From the IMG/VR virus record IMGVR_UViG_2896003607_000008, positions 2,752 to 66,751 of that record: DNA of 64,000 bases, one strand, 5' to 3'. The position numbers and the translations under genes are program-made. This DNA is from a virus. Taxonomy: Duplodnaviria > Caudoviricetes. Shown here piece by piece: positions 17,447-25,770 of the stretch. Every line of letters begins with the position of its first letter. Position 1 is the first letter of the stretch. Under the pieces are notes generated by a model. That model searched no databases, was not told where the DNA came from, and saw only the letters and a list, made by a program, of their open reading frames with translations.

Positions 17447-17998
17447 ATGCACGCATTTATCAACGTCGAAACCTGCGGCCACATTTACGGGCCTGGCGGC
17501 CGTGGCGAGATCGAGCTCGACCCGGCGGCGAAAATCTGCGGATCAGAAACGATCGTCCACAGCCGCGAGTTGCCCGGCTTTGTCGAGGACCGCGCCAACG
17601 GTAGCGCCGGCGTCACCTATGAGTCGCATCGCTTCTCGGTGCACTTCCTGGCGTTCGCCCGCGGCGGCGCGGCCGTCGGCGATTTCTGTGGCGTGCTGGT
17701 CCGCGTTCACCACGGCGCCGGCTGGGAACTGTGGCGCGGCGACGACATGCTCGCGGATGCGCTGTGGCGCTACGGCGATGATGACCGCGGGCTATTCAAA
17801 CTCTGCTGGTACATGATCGATGCCGCGCGGGCGGCGCGCGGCGGCGGCGCGCACATGGAGGGCGAGAGATACCGCCGCGCGTTCGTTGATGGGCGCCTCC
17901 GCAAGCGCAAGCTCCCGTCGCGCGGCGCTTATCGAGTCTGGATCGACCCAGAACGTCCCGCCCCTACGGCCGATTCCGTTATCCCCGCGTTCGGCTGA
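17447..17998 (+). CDS. Hypothetical protein
   Basis: Behind leader repeat 6; AFVDGRLRKRK C-terminal motif. Confidence 0.75.
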   Translation: MHAFINVETCGHIYGPGGRGEIELDPAAKICGSETIVHSRELPGFVEDRANGSAGVTYESHRFSVHFLAFARGGAAVGDFCGVLVRVHHGAGWELWRGDDMLADALWRYGDDDRGLFKLCWYMIDAARAARGGGAHMEGERYRRAFVDGRLRKRKLPSRGAYRVWIDPERPAPTADSVIPAFG

Positions 17999-18014
17999 TT
18001 TGGAGGATCGAGAA

Positions 18015-18293
18015 ATGAAAGCAATACAGAACGCCAATGGTTTCCGCGTCGGGCAAGCCGTTCGTGTACTTGTGCCGTGCATCGGTGACGACCACGAAGG
18101 GACTGAGCACCACTTGCCGGCCGGTCGCCATGGAACGGTCGAGCAAATCGACGAATACCCATTACCGCAAGGGCTGGCATTCACCGTTTATGTGCCTGTC
18201 GATGGCGAGCGCGGCATAACAAACGTGTTCGATGAGTCCGACGGACACATCCGCGACTTTATCGAGCCTGAGACCGTCGCCGGCAGCAATTGA
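18015..18293 (+). CDS. Small hypothetical protein, SH3/KOW-like pattern
   Basis: GGAGGA RBS; FRVGQAVRV...GRHGTVEQI pattern. Confidence 0.7.
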   Translation: MKAIQNANGFRVGQAVRVLVPCIGDDHEGTEHHLPAGRHGTVEQIDEYPLPQGLAFTVYVPVDGERGITNVFDESDGHIRDFIEPETVAGSN

Positions 18294-18370
18294 ACCGTTG
18301 ACCATCGCAGCATAGCCGCTGCGTATTTTCTCAAAACCGCCAATAGTGGCACCCGATGAGGAGACCAGAA

Positions 18371-19270
18371 ATGTCCGGCACTGCAACCACCGCAAAGCTC
18401 ACACCTTGCCCGAACTGCTCGGAGCCCGTCGACATCGACAGCTTGGACGAGTTCGAATGCACTTACGAGCAGTGGAAGTGCCACGCCTGCGGCTCCTGGA
18501 ACAATCGCAGTGACGGCGCGGAACAGGCCGAGAGGGTGACCGGTCTTGACGATCAGGAGACCGCAATCATTCTCGCCGGGCTCCGCATGATCCAACGCAT
18601 GGGCGTTCAGAATGAGGAGGACGACATCGCCAGCGGAGGCGGCGAGTTCGACCCGCTCGGAGATGATGAAATCGAGGCTCTTTGCGAGCGGCTTTGCCGC
18701 CCAGTTGCGGATATCACGGCGGGTCGGAACGCACTTTCCGTGCTGCGCGCCATTCGTTCCGACAACCCGGAGTTTGAGACCGGCGCCGCCGTCGACCACG
18801 CGGACGTGACGGCACGTCTTGCCAAGCGCTGGCCGGAGATTTGTGCCGAGCTCGACGCCCACCCGGTTGCGCCTTCCCCGGACTGGCGCCGCATCGCCCA
18901 TGAACTCGACGGCGCGCTCGACGCCTGCACCCACCAAATCAGCCAGATGCGCGGCATGTTCGACGATGCCGACGGCACGATTCAGGAAGCTGTCGACGCT
19001 GCCGACGAAGCGGCGGCATCCTATCGCGCCGCCGTCGCCGGCAGCCCCACACCTGTGACGGTGACTATCTGGAGCGTCTACACCGACGGCGACAACCTCA
19101 CGCCTCGCGTGACGCTGCATGCGAGCCGGCCGGATGCCGAGCAACGCGTGCGTGACGTGCTGGACAACGACACTGCCGAGGATGTGGCGGAGCAATGGGC
19201 GGCGGAAACCGACGGCGGCATGTGCTGCATTGAGGAGCACGCATTCCCGCTCCCCCCCGCCGCCATCTGA
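18371..19270 (+). CDS. Acidic multi-domain hypothetical protein with N-terminal Zn ribbon
   Basis: CPNC...CHAC; behind leader repeat 7. Confidence 0.75.
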   Translation: MSGTATTAKLTPCPNCSEPVDIDSLDEFECTYEQWKCHACGSWNNRSDGAEQAERVTGLDDQETAIILAGLRMIQRMGVQNEEDDIASGGGEFDPLGDDEIEALCERLCRPVADITAGRNALSVLRAIRSDNPEFETGAAVDHADVTARLAKRWPEICAELDAHPVAPSPDWRRIAHELDGALDACTHQISQMRGMFDDADGTIQEAVDAADEAAASYRAAVAGSPTPVTVTIWSVYTDGDNLTPRVTLHASRPDAEQRVRDVLDNDTAEDVAEQWAAETDGGMCCIEEHAFPLPPAAI

Positions 19271-19306
19271 TTCCCCCGACTACGGCTAATTTCGGAGACA
19301 GAAATC

Positions 19307-19819
19307 ATGACCCAGGAACATGATCCGGCCGACCGCGAGACCTGCAGTTACTGCGGCATCGCCGAAGATATCCATCTTCTAGACGGCGTTCTCGATGCCG
19401 ACGGGAACGACACAGGGAAACTCGCATGTATCGCTTGTTACCCAGTCCCGGACACCTGGGAGCCGTGCGGTGTTGAGCATATCGAGATCAGCATCGCACC
19501 GTCTCTAATGCCTCGTTATGCTGCATGGAACCATCTTCGGCTGCTTCGCAAACACGCTTACAAACTATCTTCCGTCGTCTTGAGAAGTGCTATCGAAACA
19601 CTCGATAGCTTGACCTATTACGACAAAGATCAGAATTCACACATCCTGGCGTCGCCAAGGTACATGAAGGCGCTTCGCAAAGCTCGCCGGCAATCGGGGC
19701 GACTGCGGGCCGCGATCCTCGGAAATTCTGACGCCATCACCGAGGCGCTGCGCAAATACGAAGCCCCGCTTCTTGACGCGGCGTCCCTGTTCGAGGATGG
19801 CGCGGCACTGAACTACTGA
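19307..19819 (+). CDS. Hypothetical protein with CxxC...CxxC motif
   Basis: CSYC, CIAC; GGAGA RBS. Confidence 0.65.
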   Translation: MTQEHDPADRETCSYCGIAEDIHLLDGVLDADGNDTGKLACIACYPVPDTWEPCGVEHIEISIAPSLMPRYAAWNHLRLLRKHAYKLSSVVLRSAIETLDSLTYYDKDQNSHILASPRYMKALRKARRQSGRLRAAILGNSDAITEALRKYEAPLLDAASLFEDGAALNY

Positions 19820-19872
19820 ACTACTGAACTGCAACCGCGCGATTGTGCGCACCGCATGAGGAGCCCAGACAA

Positions 19873-22308
19873 ATGACTATGACCGCAACCTATTCGCCCG
19901 ATGACAACAAGCTGCGCCTGTACGCTTCGCGGCGACTTGACGCCGAGACCTTTGCACGCGTGAAAGCCGCTGGCTTCAAGTACGCACCGAAACAGGACCT
20001 TTTTGTTGCGCCGTGCTGGTCGCCGGAACGCGAGGATTTGCTCCTCGAGCTCTGCGGAGAGATCGGCGACGAGGATACATCGCTGGCCGACCGCGCCGAG
20101 CAACGCGCCGACCGCTTCGAGATTTACGGCGAGAAGCGCCTAGCCGAAGCGGAGGCGGCGCGCGAAGCCGTGGCGGAAATTGCAGACGGAATCCCGCTTG
20201 GCCAGCCGATCCTGGTCGGCCACCACTCCGAACGTCACGCCCGCCGCGACGCGGAGCGGATCGAGTCGGGCATGCGTCGCGCGGTGAAGCTGTGGCGCAC
20301 ATCGGAATACTGGGCGCGGCGCGCGGCGGGCGCGATCCGTCACGCCAAATACAAGGAACTGCCGGCGGTGCGTCACCGGCGGATCAAGGGTATCGAGGCG
20401 GACCGCCGCAAGGTGGAGCGCAGCAAAGCCGAGTCCGAAAAGTGGCTGAAGCTCTGGGCGGCTGCCAGTGCAGAAACCGACCCGCCGCGCCAACTCGCGT
20501 TTGCTAGGAAGCTCGCAAACGTCGGTTACATGACGCTGCCGAAGAAGGAAGGCGACCGCGAGGACATGCCGAACGGCCCGAGCGCGTGGACGGCACTCAG
20601 TGACGAACCGTCGCCGGGTGTTTTCGCGCCGCGGACCGTCGCCGAGGTGATTGCGTACGCGTTGAGCATCTATCCGCGATCGATCGAGCGCGCCGCCCGT
20701 TGGTTGGAGCACTATGACAACCGCCTGGTCTATGAGCGCGCCATGCTCGCCGAGCAGATCGGCGGCGGCGATGAAGGCGCGGCGGCGACAATGGGCGACC
20801 GATTTCCGTTCACCGTCGGCGGCAAGGTGCAAGTGTCGCGCAGCCACGCCCGCAGCGAGTGGCTGACCATCCTGCGCGTCAACCGCACCGGCGGGACGGT
20901 CAACAGCATCACCACCGAGGCGCCGGCCGGCGTGCATTGGCAGAAGACTTGGAAATTCAGCGTTGAAGAGGTGACGGCCTACGAGGCGCCCAGCGCCGCC
21001 GCGGTCGAGCAGGCGAAGGAAGCGGCGAAGCTGCCGCCGCTCTGCAACTATCCCGGTGACGGCTTCGTGCACATGACGAAGGACGAATACGAAAAGGTGC
21101 CGAAGTCATACCGCGGCTATCGCGAGCTGCGAAAGCTGCCCGACGGGCTCGGCCGGCATCGCACACGTGTTGCGATCGGCGCCTATGCGTTCCGCGGCAA
21201 GTGCGAAGACAACAAGCGGCATAGCTACTTCCCCGTCTTCATCACCGACGCTAAGCGCGTTGACCCTCCCGCGGCGCCGGCGCCGACCGAGCCGACCACA
21301 CCGGCGGAATTCGTCGCCGAGATCGTCGCGCCTCCGAGCGCGGCGAAGGCGGAACGCGCCGCCTCGCCGGAGATCGACGCCGCAGCGGGTGAGAGCCCCG
21401 CCGAAGCGACAACCGGCGCCACCCCCTCGGCTGCGCCTTCCTGTGCCGCCGAAGCGCAGCGCGTGCTGGGATCCGCTCAGGACGAAGCGGAGCGGGCCGG
21501 CGCCGAGATCATCATGGGCCTTGGCCAATATCGTGTCGGCCGCGGCGCGGTCGTTACTGGCTGGCACGACGCTGCCGCGGATGCCTGGCGCGAGTTCTGC
21601 GACCTTGCAGGCCTTGCGTTCTCCGAAGATCTGACACCACCGGCGCGGCCGCGCGCCGCCCCCGCGGCTACGGCTGATTCTGCAGCCCCCTCGCGCGCGG
21701 CTGATTTCGAAGCAATGGCGGCGGCGATCCGTTCCGGCCAAGCGGTGCAGGTGGTGGCGGCGCCGCAGTTGTTCGCGACGCCGCGCGACCTTGCTGCGGA
21801 GGTGGTCGAACTCGCCGAGCTGGAGACCGGGCACCGCGTCCTAGAGCCATCCGCCGGCACCGGCGCGCTGGTCTGGCCTGCAATTGAGCGTGGTGCCCGC
21901 GTGACCACCGTCGAGATTAACGAGGTTCTATCCAAAGGGCTCGGCTGCAGCCAACGGATCGAGCACGGCGTCACCTTGGATTTCCTTACTCTTCGGCCGT
22001 CCGAAGAATGGTTATTCGACCGCGTGTTGATGAATCCACCCTTCGAGAACGGCGCCGATATCAAACACATCGAGCACGCGCTGCGCTTCCTGAAACCCGG
22101 CGGTCGTCTGGTCGCGATCTGCGCGAATGGTCCGCGCCAACGCGCCCGGCTTATGCCGATCGCCTCGACGTGGCGCGACCTTCCGCCGGGCTCGTTCAAG
22201 TCGTCGGGCACCATGGTGAACGCCGCGCTGCTGGTGATCGAGGCTCCGAATGCACCCGCGGCTACGGCCGATTCCGCCGGGCCCGTCGCCTCAGCCGGCG
22301 CGGAATAG
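19873..22308 (+). CDS. DUF3560-domain protein fused to a C-terminal amino (N6A-type) methyltransferase
   Basis: ATYSPDDNKLRLY, IPLGQPILVGHHSERHAR (DUF3560); VLEPSAGTG and VLMNPPF MTase motifs; behind leader repeat 8. Confidence 0.9.
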   Translation: MTMTATYSPDDNKLRLYASRRLDAETFARVKAAGFKYAPKQDLFVAPCWSPEREDLLLELCGEIGDEDTSLADRAEQRADRFEIYGEKRLAEAEAAREAVAEIADGIPLGQPILVGHHSERHARRDAERIESGMRRAVKLWRTSEYWARRAAGAIRHAKYKELPAVRHRRIKGIEADRRKVERSKAESEKWLKLWAAASAETDPPRQLAFARKLANVGYMTLPKKEGDREDMPNGPSAWTALSDEPSPGVFAPRTVAEVIAYALSIYPRSIERAARWLEHYDNRLVYERAMLAEQIGGGDEGAAATMGDRFPFTVGGKVQVSRSHARSEWLTILRVNRTGGTVNSITTEAPAGVHWQKTWKFSVEEVTAYEAPSAAAVEQAKEAAKLPPLCNYPGDGFVHMTKDEYEKVPKSYRGYRELRKLPDGLGRHRTRVAIGAYAFRGKCEDNKRHSYFPVFITDAKRVDPPAAPAPTEPTTPAEFVAEIVAPPSAAKAERAASPEIDAAAGESPAEATTGATPSAAPSCAAEAQRVLGSAQDEAERAGAEIIMGLGQYRVGRGAVVTGWHDAAADAWREFCDLAGLAFSEDLTPPARPRAAPAATADSAAPSRAADFEAMAAAIRSGQAVQVVAAPQLFATPRDLAAEVVELAELETGHRVLEPSAGTGALVWPAIERGARVTTVEINEVLSKGLGCSQRIEHGVTLDFLTLRPSEEWLFDRVLMNPPFENGADIKHIEHALRFLKPGGRLVAICANGPRQRARLMPIASTWRDLPPGSFKSSGTMVNAALLVIEAPNAPAATADSAGPVASAGAE

Positions 22309-22371
22309 CCCCCCTCGCCTACGATTGATTCCCCTATCCCCGGCTGCGGCCGATTTGAGAGGAAACGAACG

Positions 22372-22743
22372 ATGCCAATGATTGAACTAGCCACTGAGGA
22401 GAAAGACCTGCTGCGGCGGCTCGCCGCGAGCAAGGTGGAGGACAGCGACACAACGGCCGAGCGCCTGGTGGTGAATTGCGGGCTGGCACGCCGCGTCGAC
22501 CCCGGCATGCTGGAAATCACCGAGGCAGGCCGACTGGCGGCGCGCACCGGCAAGGTCGAACGTCACCCGTTCCACTACGACGTGTTCTGCGACCTCTCAG
22601 CCCGCATCGAAGACGTCGCCAAGTCGCGTGATCCGCGGCTTGAGAGTGCTGTTCGCCGGAAGCTTGAGGAAGCGGCCCATGCGATCTGGGAGGCGTGGAA
22701 TCTTCAATCCGAACTTGAGCGGGCTGCTGGCCTACGCGCGTGA
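22372..22743 (+). CDS. Hypothetical protein (possible wHTH-like N-terminus)
   Basis: GAGAGGA RBS; LEITEAGRLA motif. Confidence 0.65.
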   Translation: MPMIELATEEKDLLRRLAASKVEDSDTTAERLVVNCGLARRVDPGMLEITEAGRLAARTGKVERHPFHYDVFCDLSARIEDVAKSRDPRLESAVRRKLEEAAHAIWEAWNLQSELERAAGLRA

Positions 22744-22790
22744 CCAAGACCTGAACCCGGCAACTGTGCCGACCGAGAGAGGAGCACGAC

Positions 22791-23240
22791 ATGATCCACC
22801 GAACCCTTGAAATTTCAACTCGCCACCTGTCGCCGAACGCGAAGGCCTGGCTGTCCGCGTGCACGATGATCGCGCCGATCTCTCGCGCCGCAACCACCGT
22901 CTTGGCGGCGACTGGCGCCGGCTGGCTTGTCCAGGTGCTCGGGCAGCCTTGTCGCGCTGTGGCGCGTCTGCAGGTCCTGCTGGAGCGTCGTGAAATGCTG
23001 CTCCGAACTCCCGGGCTCGGCCGGCACGGCGCCGAGCTGGTCAAACGCTTCGATCGCGCTATCGACGACACCGTGACCACGCCGCCAGAAGGCATGCCGA
23101 CCGACCTCTGGAGGTGCTTGGCGCGCGCCGCCGCCGAGGACTGCAGACTGGTGCTGTTCGACGACGAGGCGCCTACCCTCGACTGGCCGGAGATCCCAGA
23201 CGCAGGCGACGCGCTGCGCCGCTGCGAGGCGGCGTCGTGA
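22791..23240 (+). CDS. DUF5983-like protein
   Basis: LEISTRHL...GWLV...PTDLWRCL..A...CRLVLFDDEAP pattern; behind leader repeat 9. Confidence 0.6.
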   Translation: MIHRTLEISTRHLSPNAKAWLSACTMIAPISRAATTVLAATGAGWLVQVLGQPCRAVARLQVLLERREMLLRTPGLGRHGAELVKRFDRAIDDTVTTPPEGMPTDLWRCLARAAAEDCRLVLFDDEAPTLDWPEIPDAGDALRRCEAAS

Positions 23241-23806
23241 GCCGCGAGGTTCGGCGCGTGCCGGCGACTTGGGCGCATCCTCGGGACCGGCAAGGCCGCT
23301 TCATCCCGCTGCGCGGCGGAAACTACGCCGCTGCGGCGGCCGCCTGGGACGAAGGCGCAGCCCAGTGGGATGCCGGCATGGTGGCAACCAACGACAGCCG
23401 CCCGGGCGCGCCGGCGTGGCGCCCTCGCGATGGCTTCACGGTCTCGCGCAGCTACGAAGACTTTGCTGGGATGCGTCCGGTCGCGGCGACCTTCATGCCG
23501 AACTGGCCGCCGGAGGAAAGGACGCATTGGCAGATGTACGAGACCTCGAGCCACGGCACCCCGCTCTCTCCGCCTTTGCCGTCCGCCGCCGAGCTCGCCT
23601 CCTGGCTGGCCGACCACCACGCAAGCATAGGCCCCGGTTTGACGGCTTCGGCCACTGAATGGCTGAAGCTGATCGAGCAAGGCCGCGGCACGACCTTCAG
23701 CTTCGACGAACGCGCGAACCCGGTCTCGCTTCTGGCCCCACCCCCGGACTACGGCCGATTTCCCAGGATTCGCCGGCTCATTCGCCGTTGGACCGGCCGA
23801 CGATAG
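23237..23806 (+). CDS. Conserved phage hypothetical protein (SREVRRVP..W.HP type)
   Basis: GTGA overlap; MPNWP.EERTHWQMYET.S.GTPLSP motif. Confidence 0.7.
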   Translation: MSREVRRVPATWAHPRDRQGRFIPLRGGNYAAAAAAWDEGAAQWDAGMVATNDSRPGAPAWRPRDGFTVSRSYEDFAGMRPVAATFMPNWPPEERTHWQMYETSSHGTPLSPPLPSAAELASWLADHHASIGPGLTASATEWLKLIEQGRGTTFSFDERANPVSLLAPPPDYGRFPRIRRLIRRWTGRR

Positions 23807-23896
23807 CCGCCCCCCACGGCTACGGCCGATTTCCCATGAACAGATTCGAGCCGCGGTCTTCCACAGGCCGCATGGCAGAGCTTGCGGAGGATGGAT

Positions 23897-24430
23897 ATGC
23901 TAAACCTAGAGACGAGGACTGCTGAAGTGTCACTAAAACCGATATGCGACCTCAACGTCGCCAAGCGCTATATCGCCCAGGCGGTGCCGCTTGGTGAGGA
24001 TCCTTGCCAGTTCAACGCGATCTGGGCAGCCCCCGGGCAAGTCCCCAATTTCGTCTATGAGGGCGACGATCCCGAGGTCTTCTCGACCGCCGATGACGCC
24101 GAAGCAAAGGCTCGCAAGGTTCTTTTCGAGGCTCTCAACGCCCGCCGGCCGGCAAGGCAAGCCTATGTTCCGAACCAGCCTGGCCTGCGCCGCGCGGTGA
24201 AATTCCTGAAGATGACCGGCGAGGAGTTCGCGGTCGCCCAAGCTGCGGCCGATCTGACCGACGCTGAGATTGCCTTTGCATGGGGGACGACCCCCGATCG
24301 GGTGGTCCGCTGGAAATCTGGCGCGGACGCAGTGCCCTTTGCGATGCACTGGGTGCTTCCGCTCCTGAAGGACGAGAAAAACTACGAGTTCGTGCTCGAC
24401 GTGGCTGAACAGAAGACCGTCGACAAATAG
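23897..24430 (+). CDS. Protein with C-terminal XRE-like HTH
   Basis: MTGEEF...LTDAEIAFAWGTTPDRVVRWKSG..VP; GGAGG RBS. Confidence 0.7.
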   Translation: MLNLETRTAEVSLKPICDLNVAKRYIAQAVPLGEDPCQFNAIWAAPGQVPNFVYEGDDPEVFSTADDAEAKARKVLFEALNARRPARQAYVPNQPGLRRAVKFLKMTGEEFAVAQAAADLTDAEIAFAWGTTPDRVVRWKSGADAVPFAMHWVLPLLKDEKNYEFVLDVAEQKTVDK

Positions 24431-24443
24431 GCGGAGGTTCGCA

Positions 24444-24857
24444 ATGGCAAGCGGCTTGGGCATGGATCATGGGGCGATGACGAGCCAACCCGTCCGCATG
24501 GTCGGCCGCGTCGCGATCCGGCCCGGACCGATCGCCATCCTCACCGAGCGCGGAACCATCAGAACGCGGCGCCGGGTGCCGAGCGCCACCCCGAAATATC
24601 CGATCAGCTCGCCGGGTGCCTGGATCGCGGACGGACACCGCACGGCCTATGTGCGCTGCACCTGGTGTGGACATGAGGTGAGCAGCCTGAGGCTTGACCA
24701 GCTCCCGCCGGATTGGCCGTGGCGGCGCGTGTGCCGAGCGATGCTTTGCACCGAATGCGGAACGCCGGGGTGCGTCCACGTCGTGCCGAACTGGCACGAC
24801 AACAAGCTCCATAAAACGCCGTTCACCTCGGCCTGGCGAGCGGACCCGCCAGCATGA
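24444..24857 (+). CDS. Hypothetical Zn-ribbon protein
   Basis: CTWC and CTECG motifs, VVPNW. Confidence 0.55.
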   Translation: MASGLGMDHGAMTSQPVRMVGRVAIRPGPIAILTERGTIRTRRRVPSATPKYPISSPGAWIADGHRTAYVRCTWCGHEVSSLRLDQLPPDWPWRRVCRAMLCTECGTPGCVHVVPNWHDNKLHKTPFTSAWRADPPA

Positions 24858-24901
24858 AGATCATCTCGACGACAGACCGCCACGCGCGGCCGGTGTGAGC
24901 G

Positions 24902-25165
24902 GTGTCCTGGACGCTGCGCTTTGATCCGCCGATTCCGCTACCCGATGGCGGCGAGATCGCCACGCTGCGCGAGGCCGGCGACTACATCGCCGCCCTGCCG
25001 CCGGCCGAGCAGCGCCACCCGGAGGTGCAGGTCGCCATCCATGTCCTGCTCCAGGCGGCTGACCACGGCGGGCCGATGATCTTTGCCCGCATGGGCGTCC
25101 TGCGAATGCTGGCGCGCCACGATCCACCGCCGACACCACGGCCGGCACGGCGCCGCCGCTGGTAG
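24902..25165 (+). CDS. Conserved rhizobial hypothetical protein
   Basis: W..RFDPPIPLPDG..IATLREAG.YI..LP...GGPMIFARMG pattern. Confidence 0.65.
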   Translation: MSWTLRFDPPIPLPDGGEIATLREAGDYIAALPPAEQRHPEVQVAIHVLLQAADHGGPMIFARMGVLRMLARHDPPPTPRPARRRRW

Positions 25166-25226
25166 CCGCGGCGCTTACCGCCGCCGCAATCACGTCTCAC
25201 CGGCGGGGCGCCGCCGACATATGTGG

Positions 25227-25583
25227 CTAGGTCGCGCCGCCGCCAGAGCTGCGGTCCATCCTGGCAGCGCGGGCTTCAATGCCCTTCTTGACGTTGTGGG
25301 CAGCGCATTTGCATGCGCCATTGCTTAGGTCGAACCTGAGTTCCGGACGGTCTTTCACCTCGAGGATGTGATCAGCGTACATCCTGTCGCCGCGCGCCCG
25401 GCTCCGTTCGCACCGATGGCCGTTTTCAACGTGCTCGCACCGCCATCCGGCCCGGCTCTTCACCTCGAACGCCCATGTTTTGTGTGCGGTTGACCCATAG
25501 TCGCTGTCTGCCGTCTTCGGTAGCGGCTTGGCCTTCCGCGCATCAAGCACAGCGACTCGAGAGCCGAGCATCTTCACCATCAT
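25227..25583 (-). CDS. HNH endonuclease (terminase-associated type)
   Basis: YGS..HK.W...VKSRAGWRCE, YADHILEVKD, SNGACKC..HN. Confidence 0.85.
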   Translation of the reverse strand: MMVKMLGSRVAVLDARKAKPLPKTADSDYGSTAHKTWAFEVKSRAGWRCEHVENGHRCERSRARGDRMYADHILEVKDRPELRFDLSNGACKCAAHNVKKGIEARAARMDRSSGGGAT

Positions 25584-25768
25584 CCCACCTTCGGCTGGTG
25601 TCGCGCCCCAAACCTTCTGGTCATGTAGCGGACCAGTTGCTCTCTGAGATCCCATGGCATGTTTGGGTCATCAATCGACAAACAGACAAACCCGTGCATC
25701 CGCCACACCCGCACCTTCGTCTCTTCTGCGGTCTCTCTGGAGTTCGGCGCGAATCTACCAAGAGACAT
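25580..25768 (-). CDS. Small hypothetical protein
   Basis: Fits between csp and HNH with overlapping stop/start. Confidence 0.55.
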   Translation of the reverse strand: MSLGRFAPNSRETAEETKVRVWRMHGFVCLSIDDPNMPWDLREQLVRYMTRRFGARHQPKVG

Positions 25769-25770
25769 CG

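Larger units (their letters stand above)
13793..22783 (+). repeat. Dispersed leader repeat family A: 9 hairpin+RBS elements at 13793, 13982, 14482, 15479, 15669, 17408, 18335, 19833, 22754
   Basis: (A/C)ACC-stem(3-4)-RAHWGT-complementary stem-AC-N4-7-GAGGA-N4-10-ATG with covarying stems. Confidence 0.9.
17367..23834 (+). repeat. Dispersed repeat family B: GGCTACGGCYGATT(C/T), mostly as tandem pairs (approx. 17367/17390, 17962/17987, 19260/19278, 21666/21693, 22317/22342; singles 22260, 23747, 23818)
   Basis: Read directly; all copies on + strand, usually preceded by a C-run; some copies degenerate. Confidence 0.8.

Noticed and set aside
13793-23834. Repeat families A and B as a CRISPR array or integron attC sites
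   Set aside because: Spacing is irregular and gene-sized, repeats are short and degenerate, no cas genes, no GTTRRRY/RYYYAAC cores and no integron integrase
12978-25165. Accessory block as an autonomous ICE, plasmid or satellite
   Set aside because: No integrase, relaxase, rep or intact transposase inside it, and I found no flanking direct repeats
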